This document shows, one piece after another, positions 1 through 8,649 of a stretch of 64,000 nt of DNA. The notes beneath the pieces are model-generated. The model made no database searches and was not told the origin of the DNA. It saw only the letters and a list, made by a program, of their open reading frames with translations. Numbering within the stretch: the stretch's first letter is position 1; each line of letters begins with the position of its first letter. Both the position numbers and the translations under genes were made by a program. The stretch is from a virus. Taxonomy: Duplodnaviria > Heunggongvirae > Uroviricota > Caudoviricetes. The stretch covers positions 86,928 through 150,927 of IMG/VR virus record IMGVR_UViG_3300049919_000418; one strand, 5' to 3'.

Positions 1-345
1 TCATGGGATATTGTTCGAAGCTATGACGAATTCGCGGACTACATTCGGAAAAACGGGGTGCCCCTGACAATCAGTTTCGACAATGATCTGTGCGAGGATC
101 ACGTAAAATACTATTTTGAAGCGGTTGCCAGCGGAGTTTTTGAATGGCGGGGCGCGTCGCCCAAAATGGGCATTCACTGTTTGGAATTAATTTTAAATAT
201 TTGCAAAAATAATGAAATGCCTCTTCCAAAAATTTTTATACACTCGGCGAATCACTTTGGAAGGGCCGAAATGGAGGCGATGCTTGAAATCAATAAAAAA
301 TGTCTTGACTCTTTTTCCGAAGGTGGTATTCTGCTGCCCGAATGA
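1..345 (+). CDS. hypothetical protein, N-terminus probably upstream of window
   Basis: reading frame open from base 1; ORF track 58..345 (GTG internal start). Confidence 0.3.
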   Translation, partial: SWDIVRSYDEFADYIRKNGVPLTISFDNDLCEDHVKYYFEAVASGVFEWRGASPKMGIHCLELILNICKNNEMPLPKIFIHSANHFGRAEMEAMLEINKKCLDSFSEGGILLPE

Positions 346-944
346 GAGGCCAAGTATTAAAATTGAACAAGAACTTTTTTCCTGTTGGAATTTGCAGTTT
401 TCGGGAGGCTATTAAAAATATCTTTTCTTTAGCTGCATTTCCACTTGATATTCAGTATTCCGAGGATCAAACGGGCGAATTTTTGGAACAATACGAGTGG
501 TTTGAACCCATAAAAAAATGGTCGGATTGGGAAAAACTGTCGGTTCGATCTTACGATGATTTTATCGGGACAACCAAGGGTAGGGTTCGAATGCCCTCCG
601 TGGTCGTCTGCTCGGAATATTCGCGTATCAAATGGGGCAAAGTTCTTTTCCCAACAAAAACCAACATTTGGAACCGAGACGGTTGGATTTGCCAGTATAG
701 CGGACAAAAATTAACAAAAGAAAACATTTCCGTTGACCACATTGTTCCCGTTTCAAAGGGCGGCGAGAATACTTGGACTAACCTTGTAACCGCAGAACGC
801 GAGGTGAATCGAATCAAGGCCGATAAAAGCCTTGAGGACAGCGGATTGAAATTATTGAAAAAGCCAACAACCCCGAAAGGTGGAATGGTTTTTCCAATTC
901 TTAAAGCCGAGTGGACTAAATTCATCGCGGAAAGCGCCGCATAA
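342..944 (+). CDS. HNH homing endonuclease
   Basis: translation contains DHIVPVSKGGENTWTNLVTAEREVNRIK (HNH His-Asn-His core); 4-nt overlap with upstream ORF. Confidence 0.65.
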   Translation: MRGQVLKLNKNFFPVGICSFREAIKNIFSLAAFPLDIQYSEDQTGEFLEQYEWFEPIKKWSDWEKLSVRSYDDFIGTTKGRVRMPSVVVCSEYSRIKWGKVLFPTKTNIWNRDGWICQYSGQKLTKENISVDHIVPVSKGGENTWTNLVTAEREVNRIKADKSLEDSGLKLLKKPTTPKGGMVFPILKAEWTKFIAESAA

Positions 945-947
945 TTT

Positions 948-1535
948 ATGAATACTCAACGCGAAATTCAAAACGCGAAAGCTGTAGTAAAGCGTAAAGC
1001 GCAGATTGCGGCTGGAATCTGTCGATGCGGAAGCAAAGCAGCGGAGGGGGTAAAAATGTGTCCAAAGTGTCTTGGCGACGCCAGAGAAGCTAGCAGGAAC
1101 ACTTATCGACTCCGCGTGGGAATTCCGTTGGACGACCCGAAAGCGAAAAGAGGAAGAAAATCAGCGATTAGTGTTCCAAAAAAACGTTCAGAGAGGAAAT
1201 CCGCGACAAGCCTTGTTAAGGGGGTAACTCGACAAACCAGCCGCGACGGCTACGGAAGGGAAGATGATTATTACGTTGCGTCAGTGATGATTAAGGGAAA
1301 GGCCAAGGCTCGCAGATGGTCAATAACGAAATACGGCGAATCCGGCGCAAAACTTGCAGCATCACTTCAAAAACTCTTATGGGTGGTTGAAAACGGATTA
1401 TGGAATCCCGCAGATGGCGACCCACTGGCAATTATGAGTTATTCGGAATCATTTAATGGAAACCGCGATTATGACGATTGCGAAATATCAGATGTAAGTT
1501 CACCATGGATTCAAGAATGTGAAGATTTTGCGTAA
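948..1535 (+). CDS. hypothetical basic protein, possible DNA-binding partner of the upstream HNH nuclease
   Basis: ORF 195 aa, Lys/Arg-rich, CxC..CxxC near N-terminus. Confidence 0.35.
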   Translation: MNTQREIQNAKAVVKRKAQIAAGICRCGSKAAEGVKMCPKCLGDAREASRNTYRLRVGIPLDDPKAKRGRKSAISVPKKRSERKSATSLVKGVTRQTSRDGYGREDDYYVASVMIKGKAKARRWSITKYGESGAKLAASLQKLLWVVENGLWNPADGDPLAIMSYSESFNGNRDYDDCEISDVSSPWIQECEDFA

Positions 1536-1775
1536 CCCATTAAGATATGGAGCAATCGGAACGATCTCCGACAATGCGAGGGTTAGACCCTTGGGGGTGG
1601 CGTGTAGCGAATGCGCTACCGAAGTCCAATATAGCTTAACGACGTTTCACGAAGGGTTTCCGGAAATAAAGTGCCCGGGTTGCAAGCGCGTTGGGTATTT
1701 AATGCGCGGCGCTCGTGAGGGCGGGCGGCTGATATGGTTCCGCAAAAATTCAATTAAAAGTTATTAAAATATATT

Positions 1776-2144
1776 ATGAAACTACGGGTAACCCGGGCCG
1801 ATGAATCCAAAATCAAGCCTGCTATTTTTAAATACAATCTTTTGACGGAAACGCCAAAAAGAAGTTTGAGTAGTGGCGCTTGTGACTGGGTTAACGATGG
1901 TATTTCGATTCAAGGCGGATATCTAATAAAACATAAAAGAGAGCTTGTCGGATGGGCAAGCGCTTTTGGAAATGGAGAGATACACGTTTTTGTGCGGCAG
2001 GATTGCCGTGGAAAAGGCGGCGCAACCAAAGTTATCAAAAGGGCAAAAAAAGAATTTCCCGCCCATGAGTTTTGTCCTTGGACGTTTGATACGAAACGGT
2101 TGTTTGAGAAAAACGGCGCGAATGTTACTTATAAATACTTATAA
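1776..2144 (+). CDS. putative GNAT-family N-acetyltransferase
   Basis: RQDCRGKGGATKVIKRA resembles GNAT acetyl-CoA motif A (Q/R-x-x-G-x-G/A). Confidence 0.4.
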   Translation: MKLRVTRADESKIKPAIFKYNLLTETPKRSLSSGACDWVNDGISIQGGYLIKHKRELVGWASAFGNGEIHVFVRQDCRGKGGATKVIKRAKKEFPAHEFCPWTFDTKRLFEKNGANVTYKYL

Positions 2145-2153
2145 ATTACAACC

Positions 2154-2390
2154 ATGAATCTTGATGAGCTGAGAAATGAAATGCGCGAGTCTTGGAAAAA
2201 AGAGTTCGCAGGTAAAGATTATTTACACTTTTACCTTGACAAAGGCCACCTCTTTGCCACAAGATACTTTTCCCGGCGAGGGGACATTGAAGAAATAGAA
2301 CTTCGAATTGGAACCAAATATGAAATTGTTATTGAAGATACTTGGGTTAAGCTTACTGCTTTGTTGCGAGAGCGCGGGGAAGCAAGCTGA
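2154..2390 (+). CDS. hypothetical protein
   Basis: 78-aa ORF immediately after upstream stop. Confidence 0.35.
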   Translation: MNLDELRNEMRESWKKEFAGKDYLHFYLDKGHLFATRYFSRRGDIEEIELRIGTKYEIVIEDTWVKLTALLRERGEAS

Positions 2391-2700
2391 ATACTTTTGG
2401 GCGAGGGTTACGTATTACACGGGACCACAAACCGCAAGCGGACGAAAGCCCGTTCAAGGTATAACAATCGCGGCTGAGAAAAAATATAAGTTTGGACATA
2501 GGTTTCATATTCCTGATTTAAAAAAGAAGGTTGGTGGAGACGGAGGTTTCGTTGTTCATGATCGCGGACCTGCGGTGGAGGGGAGAAAAGCGAGTCGGGG
2601 TAAACTGCCTGTGATTGACGTTTACGTTACTTCGAGGACTCAACTGCAAAGACTAGCTCAACAAAAGGATAATATTTTTAAAGTTTACCTCAACGAATGA
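2323..2700 (+). CDS. secreted 3D-domain (MltA-like) protein, putative cell-wall hydrolase
   Basis: N-terminal hydrophobic signal MKLLLKILGLSLLLCC; VVHDRGPAVEG...IDVYV resembles the 3D domain Asp triad region. Confidence 0.4.
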   Translation, partial: KLLLKILGLSLLLCCESAGKQAEYFWARVTYYTGPQTASGRKPVQGITIAAEKKYKFGHRFHIPDLKKKVGGDGGFVVHDRGPAVEGRKASRGKLPVIDVYVTSRTQLQRLAQQKDNIFKVYLNE

Positions 2701-2917
2701 AAAACGATAATAAACAAATAAATGTGGCGGCTCGCCCGACGGAAAATCTCAACAAACTTTGTAACTACGATATGCATATGAAAAACGTGATAATGAAAAA
2801 TGATGGCTCTGAAAATTCTCTGGCGAACGTCCAAGAGGACGCACCGCCGCCGTTGGAAAGCGATTGTGCCGCAACTGAGGAGCTTCACGGCGGTTGCTGT
2901 GTCTCGTCTTGTTCGCC
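2697..2917 (+). repeat. attC-like structured repeat copy B1 (leader 2697-2821 carrying an ~86-bp insertion; core 2822-2917 bounded by GGCGAAC...GTTCGCC)
   Basis: shares 5' ATGAAAAACGATAATAAACAAATAAATGTGGCGG and core ..AACGTCCAAGAGGACGCACCGCCGCCG..CGGCGGTTGCTGTGTCTCGTCTTGTT with copies at 57.5, 60.5, 62.5, 63.0 and 63.5 kb. Confidence 0.6.
2751..2829 (+). repeat. direct repeat unit 1 (about 79 bp), duplicated at 3325-3403
   Basis: AACAAACTTTGTAACTACGATATGCATATGAAAAACGTGATAATGAAAAATGATGGCTCTGAAAATTCTCTGGCGAACG recurs almost identically 574 bp downstream. Confidence 0.85.
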
Positions 2918-3078
2918 TATTGAGATTCTGAGTGATGTTGCCGAAGTCTCACGGGAAGAGGCCGAAAAAATGTTGGAAGCTGCCAAATCAGCGTTTGGCA
3001 ATCTGGATGAACCACCTCCCCTTGTCCTGCCATGAAAACAGGAACCAGTCAGGAAAATCCTCGGAATACTTCTCCTTC

Positions 3079-3351
3079 TTACGGAAGGGCGGCCCCGATC
3101 CGCTCCATCAACGCCGAGTAGTCAACACCCTTCCCCAACGTGAAAAGAATCAAAAGTGTGACATATATTAGATCCGTTGAGAAACCCGGCGTCTGTTGCC
3201 ATGACAAGGTGAACTTGTGTGGCTCTTCTGCTTCGGAATCCGGGTCAACATCCAGTAAAAGGCCATTCGACTCCAGACCTTTTGGGGTCTTGGTATAATG
3301 GCGACTCTCCTTCTTTAATCCCTCAACAAGCTTTGTAACTACGATATGCAT
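3079..3351 (-). CDS. hypothetical small protein (cassette-like ORF between repeat copies)
   Basis: 90-aa ORF; its ATG lies inside the duplicated 79-bp block (MHIVVTK...). Confidence 0.3.
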   Translation of the reverse strand: MHIVVTKLVEGLKKESRHYTKTPKGLESNGLLLDVDPDSEAEEPHKFTLSWQQTPGFSTDLIYVTLLILFTLGKGVDYSALMERIGAALP

Positions 3352-3403
3352 ATGAAAAACGTGATAATGAAAAATGATGGCTCTGAAAATTCTCTGGCGA
3401 ACG
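3325..3403 (+). repeat. direct repeat unit 2 (copy of 2751-2829), truncated at the AAC heptamer and followed by a degenerate GC-rich attC-like dyad (3404-3480)
   Basis: identical 79-bp block; sequence switches to GC-rich right after ..GGCGAACG; downstream CACCGGCC..GGCCGGTTG dyad with one extra T. Confidence 0.8.
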
Positions 3404-3475
3404 CAAGAGCGCTGGCACCGGCCACGCTGGAGCCTGAAATCACGAGCGACGTTATGGCCGGTTGACCAAACGACA

Positions 3476-3856
3476 ATGAAAGTAAACTACAACGCCGGAA
3501 CACTGGAAATCGACATGCACTCAATCCTTCAGGACGTGTCGCCAGAAAAGAAAATCGAAATGCTCGAAAGCCTCGCGTGTGATGACGCGATCATCAAGCA
3601 CGTCGCTGCCCAGATCATCGACCGATGGACGGAGAACTCATGCTCGGGAGGATCGAACTGCACGATCCCCGCCGATGCATCACGAGGCACGCCGCTGGAC
3701 GAAGCATGGCGACGGGTCGCGAAAGCATCGGGGGATGTAGCCAAGGATCAAATCGAGCGACTGGAACGCGGCCTTGCTCAACGTGATGAGCAGATCACGA
3801 AGCTGCATGAGCAAATCCGCGAGATGGTCGAACGTCGCAAGTCCATTCTCAGATGA
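3476..3856 (+). CDS. hypothetical protein (GC island)
   Basis: ATG at 3476 in frame of ORF-track 3374..3856. Confidence 0.45.
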   Translation: MKVNYNAGTLEIDMHSILQDVSPEKKIEMLESLACDDAIIKHVAAQIIDRWTENSCSGGSNCTIPADASRGTPLDEAWRRVAKASGDVAKDQIERLERGLAQRDEQITKLHEQIREMVERRKSILR

Positions 3857-3951
3857 CGACAAGGATCTGGCGCGGCGGGCGCTGGACTCCGAATAAACCA
3901 ACAAGGCAGCTCCCGCCGTTGCCAGCATCCACTTGTCAGCCTTTCTTAATT

Positions 3952-4200
3952 ATGACGACCGACGAACTGCAAAGCCAGCTCAACGCGACATGGTGCCGCG
4001 AACAATCCGCCGATGATGCCCACGATACAGTATGGGGCGAGCCGTTCGACGGCGAAACCGTGCGAATCTCTGACATCGCCGAAATCATCGACAAGCCGGA
4101 CTACACGAACCCCGAGGGAATGGTGCGCCGACTCCGCGAGGCTATTCAGGCTAACGACAAAAGTGCTGACACCGGCAGTGAAAGGAGCGCGAATGAGTGA
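3952..4200 (+). CDS. hypothetical acidic protein (GC island)
   Basis: ATG at 3952 in frame of ORF-track 3853..4200. Confidence 0.4.
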   Translation: MTTDELQSQLNATWCREQSADDAHDTVWGEPFDGETVRISDIAEIIDKPDYTNPEGMVRRLREAIQANDKSADTGSERSANE

Positions 4201-4477
4201 AACTGAAAAGCTAGTGCCGGTTGGCCAGCCACGACTTGTTCGGCCTTTTTCGTTCGAGTATCTCGGCGACTTCTCCGCAACTCCAGCGTGGGCTTCGCGC
4301 TCCATGCAGTGCGAAAGCTGCCGCGTATCATGGACGGGATGCTGGGATAACTTCCAGTGCCCGAAATGTGGCGAAGGTGATCTCCCGTCAGCCGACATGG
4401 AAGTGCTACTAGCTGGGTGCGCGGGGGTCATGGCTAAACTTGAAGCGTGTGGAAAATCTCTGCCGAGAACGAAATAG
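4193..4477 (+). CDS. Cys-rich zinc-ribbon-like protein (GC island)
   Basis: AAGGAG SD 6 nt upstream of ATG 4193; CESCRVSWTGCWDNFQCPKCGEG. Confidence 0.5.
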   Translation: MSETEKLVPVGQPRLVRPFSFEYLGDFSATPAWASRSMQCESCRVSWTGCWDNFQCPKCGEGDLPSADMEVLLAGCAGVMAKLEACGKSLPRTK

Positions 4478-4513
4478 CCCAGACGCGGGCGCGAAAAGGA
4501 AAGTAAATGACAC

Positions 4514-5116
4514 ATGGAAACTAACCACACAGTGGGCCACGTTGGATGGTCCCCAGACTATAAAAACACGCAGATGCCGCCCGTGACTGGAAAGCTAATT
4601 GCCCGTCGATCTGCGGCGGCTTGTTCGGCATCTTCATGGTTGCCCATTGAATCCGCTCCCCGTGACGGATCACGGATCTTGGTCGTGATGGGCGGAATTG
4701 TGACGCTGGCCCGCTGGAACGACCAAAAACATCACGCCAATCCGAAGCCTTACTGGTGCGCGGTGGATCAAATCTCAGTGACCCGAGATCGCGAAAATCA
4801 ACCGTCTGTTTGGATGCCTCTTCCATCTCTGCCGAACCCGATCAAGCTCATGGACGCCGACCCTAAATCTCCGCTTCAAGAAGGACGCTCCTCGGCGTTC
4901 CATGCAGCGTCTTGTTCTGTGTCTTTGGATCTGCGCTTGGCGGACTGCACGGAACCCGGATGGTATTTCTTCTATCCATCAGCTCAGAATAAATACGAAT
5001 GCGAAAAGTTCGTTAAAATCGACCAAGACGCTATTGATGACGGCTGGCTCCGATGCAGGAAATACGCAGGAACCTACATGGGGCCGATTACTCCACTATC
5101 TCTGCCGAACGCCTAG
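4514..5116 (+). CDS. DUF551-like repeat protein (GC island)
   Basis: two W..IE.AP.DG..ILV / W-rich units typical of phage DUF551 as recalled; 200-aa ORF. Confidence 0.35.
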   Translation: METNHTVGHVGWSPDYKNTQMPPVTGKLIARRSAAACSASSWLPIESAPRDGSRILVVMGGIVTLARWNDQKHHANPKPYWCAVDQISVTRDRENQPSVWMPLPSLPNPIKLMDADPKSPLQEGRSSAFHAASCSVSLDLRLADCTEPGWYFFYPSAQNKYECEKFVKIDQDAIDDGWLRCRKYAGTYMGPITPLSLPNA

Positions 5117-5154
5117 CTCTCCCGTGGAGGAATAATCACTAACGACTCAACAAA

Positions 5155-5493
5155 ATGAAAAACGAAAACGAAGCGAAAAACGTAGATAAACAGGTGACTT
5201 CCTCCCATCGTGAGGAGCGTCTTGTTCGGCTTCTTACGTGGCTCACAGGACGGAAACCTCGTAATACGAGGAAAGACTGGAAACAGGGGGATGCGATATT
5301 CCTTAAACGCTATCCTGCCGCGATCTGGGAATACGCACCAACGGGCGATTTCTTCTCGCTCAAAATTCATGTCGTAGCATCGCCAAATGTTATTCACCGG
5401 GGACTCCAGCGAGTCGCATTTGGCGTGCGCTACCGTCTTCTGCCGAACAGAGTGTTATCACAATCCGGAAGTGTTGATAACCGACGACCTTAA
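5155..5493 (+). CDS. hypothetical protein (GC island)
   Basis: 112-aa ORF. Confidence 0.35.
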   Translation: MKNENEAKNVDKQVTSSHREERLVRLLTWLTGRKPRNTRKDWKQGDAIFLKRYPAAIWEYAPTGDFFSLKIHVVASPNVIHRGLQRVAFGVRYRLLPNRVLSQSGSVDNRRP

Positions 5494-5661
5494 CAAAAAT
5501 AAATGGGACGAATTACAAAATAATTCTTCACAAACAAAAAACGCGGTGTAAAAGAAAGTAATGAATCTATTAGATCGTCAACAGTATCTCCCGGAGTGGT
5601 TGCAAAACCACGGGGCGAGTGACGTTTAATACTTTTCATTAAAATTCATTTATTTGTGCCG

Positions 5662-5696
5662 CCCCAAGAGACTAGATCTTTTGGGGTTGTTTGTTT
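5662..5696 (+). terminator. hairpin CCCCAA-13nt-TTGGGG followed by TTGTTTGTTT
   Basis: perfect 6-bp GC-rich stem plus T-rich tail between GC island 1 and the tRNA cluster. Confidence 0.4.
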
Positions 5697-5899
5697 AAAT
5701 GACCTATTCCAAGCTAACTTGGAATTTATGTTCTTTGAAATATTCATAATTATTTTTTGAGTTAATAACTCAAAAAGGTGTTGACAGTATCGGATTTTCC
5801 GGTATTGTTCGCACATCAACACGGCGGGTTCTGGGAACAAGAATCTCTCCAAAAGATTTTAGCAGAATTCAATTTTCTGACGCCGTGCTTTTTAACAAA

Positions 5900-5970
5900 A
5901 GAGGATTGGTGTAATGGCAGCACCGGAAATTTTGAATTTCTTAGTCAAGGTTCGAGTCCTTGATCCTCTG
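5900..5970 (+). tRNA. tRNA-Gln(UUG) candidate
   Basis: manual fold: acceptor AGAGGAT/ATCCTCT, T-arm CAAGG-TTCGAGT-CCTTG, anticodon loop TTTTGAA. Confidence 0.5.
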
Positions 5971-5975
5971 CATAT

Positions 5976-6047
5976 GGAGCGTTCGTATAGTGGTTATTAC
6001 CCTAGCCTGTCGAGCTTGTGAGAGGGATTCAATTTTCCTACGCTTCG
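5976..6047 (+). tRNA. tRNA-Asp(GUC) candidate
   Basis: manual fold, 72 nt: acceptor GGAGCGT/ACGCTTC (one G-U), T-arm AGGGA-TTCAATT-TTCCT, anticodon loop CTGTCGA. Confidence 0.45.
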
Positions 6048-6182
6048 CTTAAAAAAACAAAAATAAACGTTGACTTATTTGAGAAATTGGATAGTATAAC
6101 GACATCGTTGGAGAGAATCCGGCGACAAAATTCAAACTTAAGGAGGGTGCGAAAGCGGTCAACTTCTTCTGTTTGAATTAAA

Positions 6183-6255
6183 CAGGGTATAGTGTAACTT
6201 GGTAGCACGGGACGTTTGGGACGTTCTGGTTTCAGTTCAAATCTGAATACCCCGA
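6183..6255 (+). tRNA. tRNA-Pro(UGG) candidate
   Basis: manual fold: anticodon stem GGACG/CGTTC loop TTTGGGA, T-arm TTCAG-TTCAAAT-CTGAA. Confidence 0.45.
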
Positions 6256-6444
6256 CCGTTAAGTAAAAATAACATAGAGTTCAAACATAACGAGTGCGAG
6301 GGAGTAAGAAAACCCGCTAATTTTGGAAATTAGAGACACTAGGAGCATTACCTAGGCATTCGACGTAATCAATAGTATAAATGTATTATAGCGCCCGAAA
6401 GTGGGTTGAAGATGCGGGCTTTGCACCCCGATTGATTATATTTA

Positions 6445-6516
6445 GCTCTCGTCGTCTAGTGGCTAGGACGCCGGTCCTTCAAATCGGAGAAGACGGGTCG
6501 GAACCGTTCGGGAGCA
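6445..6516 (+). tRNA. tRNA-Glu(UUC) candidate
   Basis: manual fold, 72 nt: acceptor GCTCTCG/CGGGAGC, D-loop TAGTGGCTAG, anticodon stem CCGGT/ATCGG loop CCTTCAA. Confidence 0.45.
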
Positions 6517-6714
6517 CATATGGAACATGTTCCAACAAATCGAGAGAAATCTCAGGTAGCAACAAAGCATCTTTATTGGTGTCGATGGTGCGACGGTGAT
6601 CTTGTTGGAAATCATGGGAAGTGTGGGCGTTGTAATAGACGGCAATATAGTAAAAAAAGAAAAATAAAATAAATAGGTCGGTGTCTCCAAACGGAATCTG
6701 TAAAATTCCCGTCT

Positions 6715-7620
6715 TTAAACACTTGGAAAGTTGACATGAGGTGCGTTACCTCCACTGGCCACATTAGAATTTAATTTCTGCCAATATCCCCTTGGGGGTT
6801 TATTGAGTGAATGTTTCTTACAGAATTTGCCTATAGCAGAGTCGGAAACGCCAAGATCTTTGGAAATACTTACAGTTGTCTTTTCAAATAAAAGTTTTTG
6901 CATTTCAAACGGACTCGGCCAAATAGCTTTAGTTTTTTTCATTTTACTGTTTTCTTTAAATCGAATTAATGGGTTTTCTTTCATAATTTTCTTTACACGA
7001 ATATGAAAATTTCTGTCGTAACTAATGCCAAGATAACAATCGAGATGCGATTTGGACGTTACTATCGGGATCGTTTCTTTTATTTGCTCATCTGAGAAGT
7101 TCTTGGTTTTATAATTGCGACCCTCTTGAAATTTGTTTTTGCCTCCGAAAGTGTCGGTTTGAGAGTGGCAGTTTGGACAAAGAAAGCAAAGATTTTCGAT
7201 ACGGTTGTCGTTATTGACACCATTTTTATGCTCTAATTGTAAAACTAATGATGTCCCCATCCAATTTCCAGAGTTTTTGCATTTTTTACAACATTGTTCA
7301 ATTAAATTAAATTTTATTATATTCAATTTAATTGATTGCCTATCTTTTTGACAGTTTTCTACAAGAAACTCCGTGAGGAATCTTTCTTTCGTTATTTTTC
7401 GTGCGAAAACAGAGGATTCGGTTCTGGACATTATGTGAGAGGTATCGAGAGAAAGTTCTTTGATTCTATTTTGAATGTTTTTTGAAATTCCGCCGACATT
7501 CTTGACACCAAAAAAGTCTGAGATATCTTTCATCCTTTTACTGGATGACACTAATTTTACAAATTCTTCGTCAAGGATTGAATAAATAATTGATTTTTTA
7601 ATTTTCATAGTATAAAACAT
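6715..7620 (-). CDS. HNH homing endonuclease with C-terminal helix-turn-helix
   Basis: CPNCHSQTD HNH-type motif; C-terminal ISKDLGVSDSAIGKFCKKHS HTH-like; minus strand among plus-strand genes as typical for free-standing homing endonucleases. Confidence 0.55.
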   Translation of the reverse strand: MFYTMKIKKSIIYSILDEEFVKLVSSSKRMKDISDFFGVKNVGGISKNIQNRIKELSLDTSHIMSRTESSVFARKITKERFLTEFLVENCQKDRQSIKLNIIKFNLIEQCCKKCKNSGNWMGTSLVLQLEHKNGVNNDNRIENLCFLCPNCHSQTDTFGGKNKFQEGRNYKTKNFSDEQIKETIPIVTSKSHLDCYLGISYDRNFHIRVKKIMKENPLIRFKENSKMKKTKAIWPSPFEMQKLLFEKTTVSISKDLGVSDSAIGKFCKKHSLNKPPRGYWQKLNSNVASGGNAPHVNFPSV

Positions 7621-7993
7621 TACACAGAAAGTGTGCTAACGAGAATTAATTTATTGACTTTTTATAAAATCAATTTAAAATGAACACAAAAGCCTCATTA
7701 GTAGAATGGATATAACATTTCGCTTCGAACGAAATAAAGGGGTTTCGATTACCTCATGAGGCGCATATGAAATATTGGCTTATTAAATGTCGCTACGAAT
7801 ATTGGTGTCAAGGTTACGAATGGACAACCGATACTTTTTTAGTTAAAGGAAAAACATTTAAAGCGGCTTGTGAGGTTTTAAAGGTGTCAAAGAAAAACGC
7901 CGAATGTTTCGAGAATATGACAATAGATTAACTTTCATCTTGACAAGATGGGCGAATCCTGTTAAGGTTCGCCCACTACAAATTAATTAATTA

Positions 7994-8644
7994 ATGAAAA
8001 AGAACTATACTCACATTTCAATGATTCTCGACCGCAGCGGTAGCATGACTTCAACTTGGAACGATGTTGTTGGCGGATATAAAAGCATGGTTCAGGAAAA
8101 CAAAGCTACGCCCGGAGATTGCACTTTCACATTGGCGGCATTCGATCATGAATACGAACTTGTTGAAGACTTTACCAATATTCAAAATGTTAATGATGGC
8201 TTGACGATCAAGCCAAGAGGTTCCACGGCATTGCTTGATGCGATTGGCCGCACTGTTGTTTCTGTTGGTGAAAAGCTTGCCAAGTTGAAGGAATCAGAGC
8301 GACCAGAAAAGGTTATTGTGGTTGTGAATACTGATGGGCAGGAGAACGCTTCTACAGAATTTAAAAGAGACGAAATTAAAACGCTAATTGAGGAGCAAAC
8401 CTCTAAATATAATTGGCAATTCCAATTCATTGGAGCGTCTTTAGATTCAGTAAAGGACGCCCAATCTTGGGGTTTTCAAGCCGCGAATACATCTGTGTAT
8501 GATACCAAAAACAGCGGGGATACATTTACGTTACTTGGAAGTAAAATGGCAGCTATGAGGTGCGCGTCGACTCCAGACGCATACGCAAAAGCCGCACAAT
8601 TTAGCGACGAAGATAAGGCAATTTTAAACGCATCAAAGATTTGA
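7994..8644 (+). CDS. von Willebrand factor A (vWA) domain protein
   Basis: MIDAS motif ILDRSGSM (DxSxS) and VVVVNTDGQEN. Confidence 0.65.
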   Translation: MKKNYTHISMILDRSGSMTSTWNDVVGGYKSMVQENKATPGDCTFTLAAFDHEYELVEDFTNIQNVNDGLTIKPRGSTALLDAIGRTVVSVGEKLAKLKESERPEKVIVVVNTDGQENASTEFKRDEIKTLIEEQTSKYNWQFQFIGASLDSVKDAQSWGFQAANTSVYDTKNSGDTFTLLGSKMAAMRCASTPDAYAKAAQFSDEDKAILNASKI

Positions 8645-8649
8645 TTTTG

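Larger units (their letters stand above)
3404..5140 (+). other. GC-rich island 1 (about 58% GC in an about 40% GC background)
   Basis: abrupt compositional shift visible in sequence; 5 co-oriented ORFs with GC-rich codon usage. Confidence 0.7.

Noticed and set aside
2685-2888. 67-aa minus-strand ORF
   Set aside because: Lies entirely within repeat B1 and the duplicated 79-bp block. It is an artefact of the repeat sequence.
6088-6180. Additional tRNA between the Asp and Pro candidates
   Set aside because: Only a 9-bp inverted repeat (AATTCAAAC...GTTTGAATT) with a 30-nt loop is seen. No acceptor, D or T arm combination could be assembled by eye.
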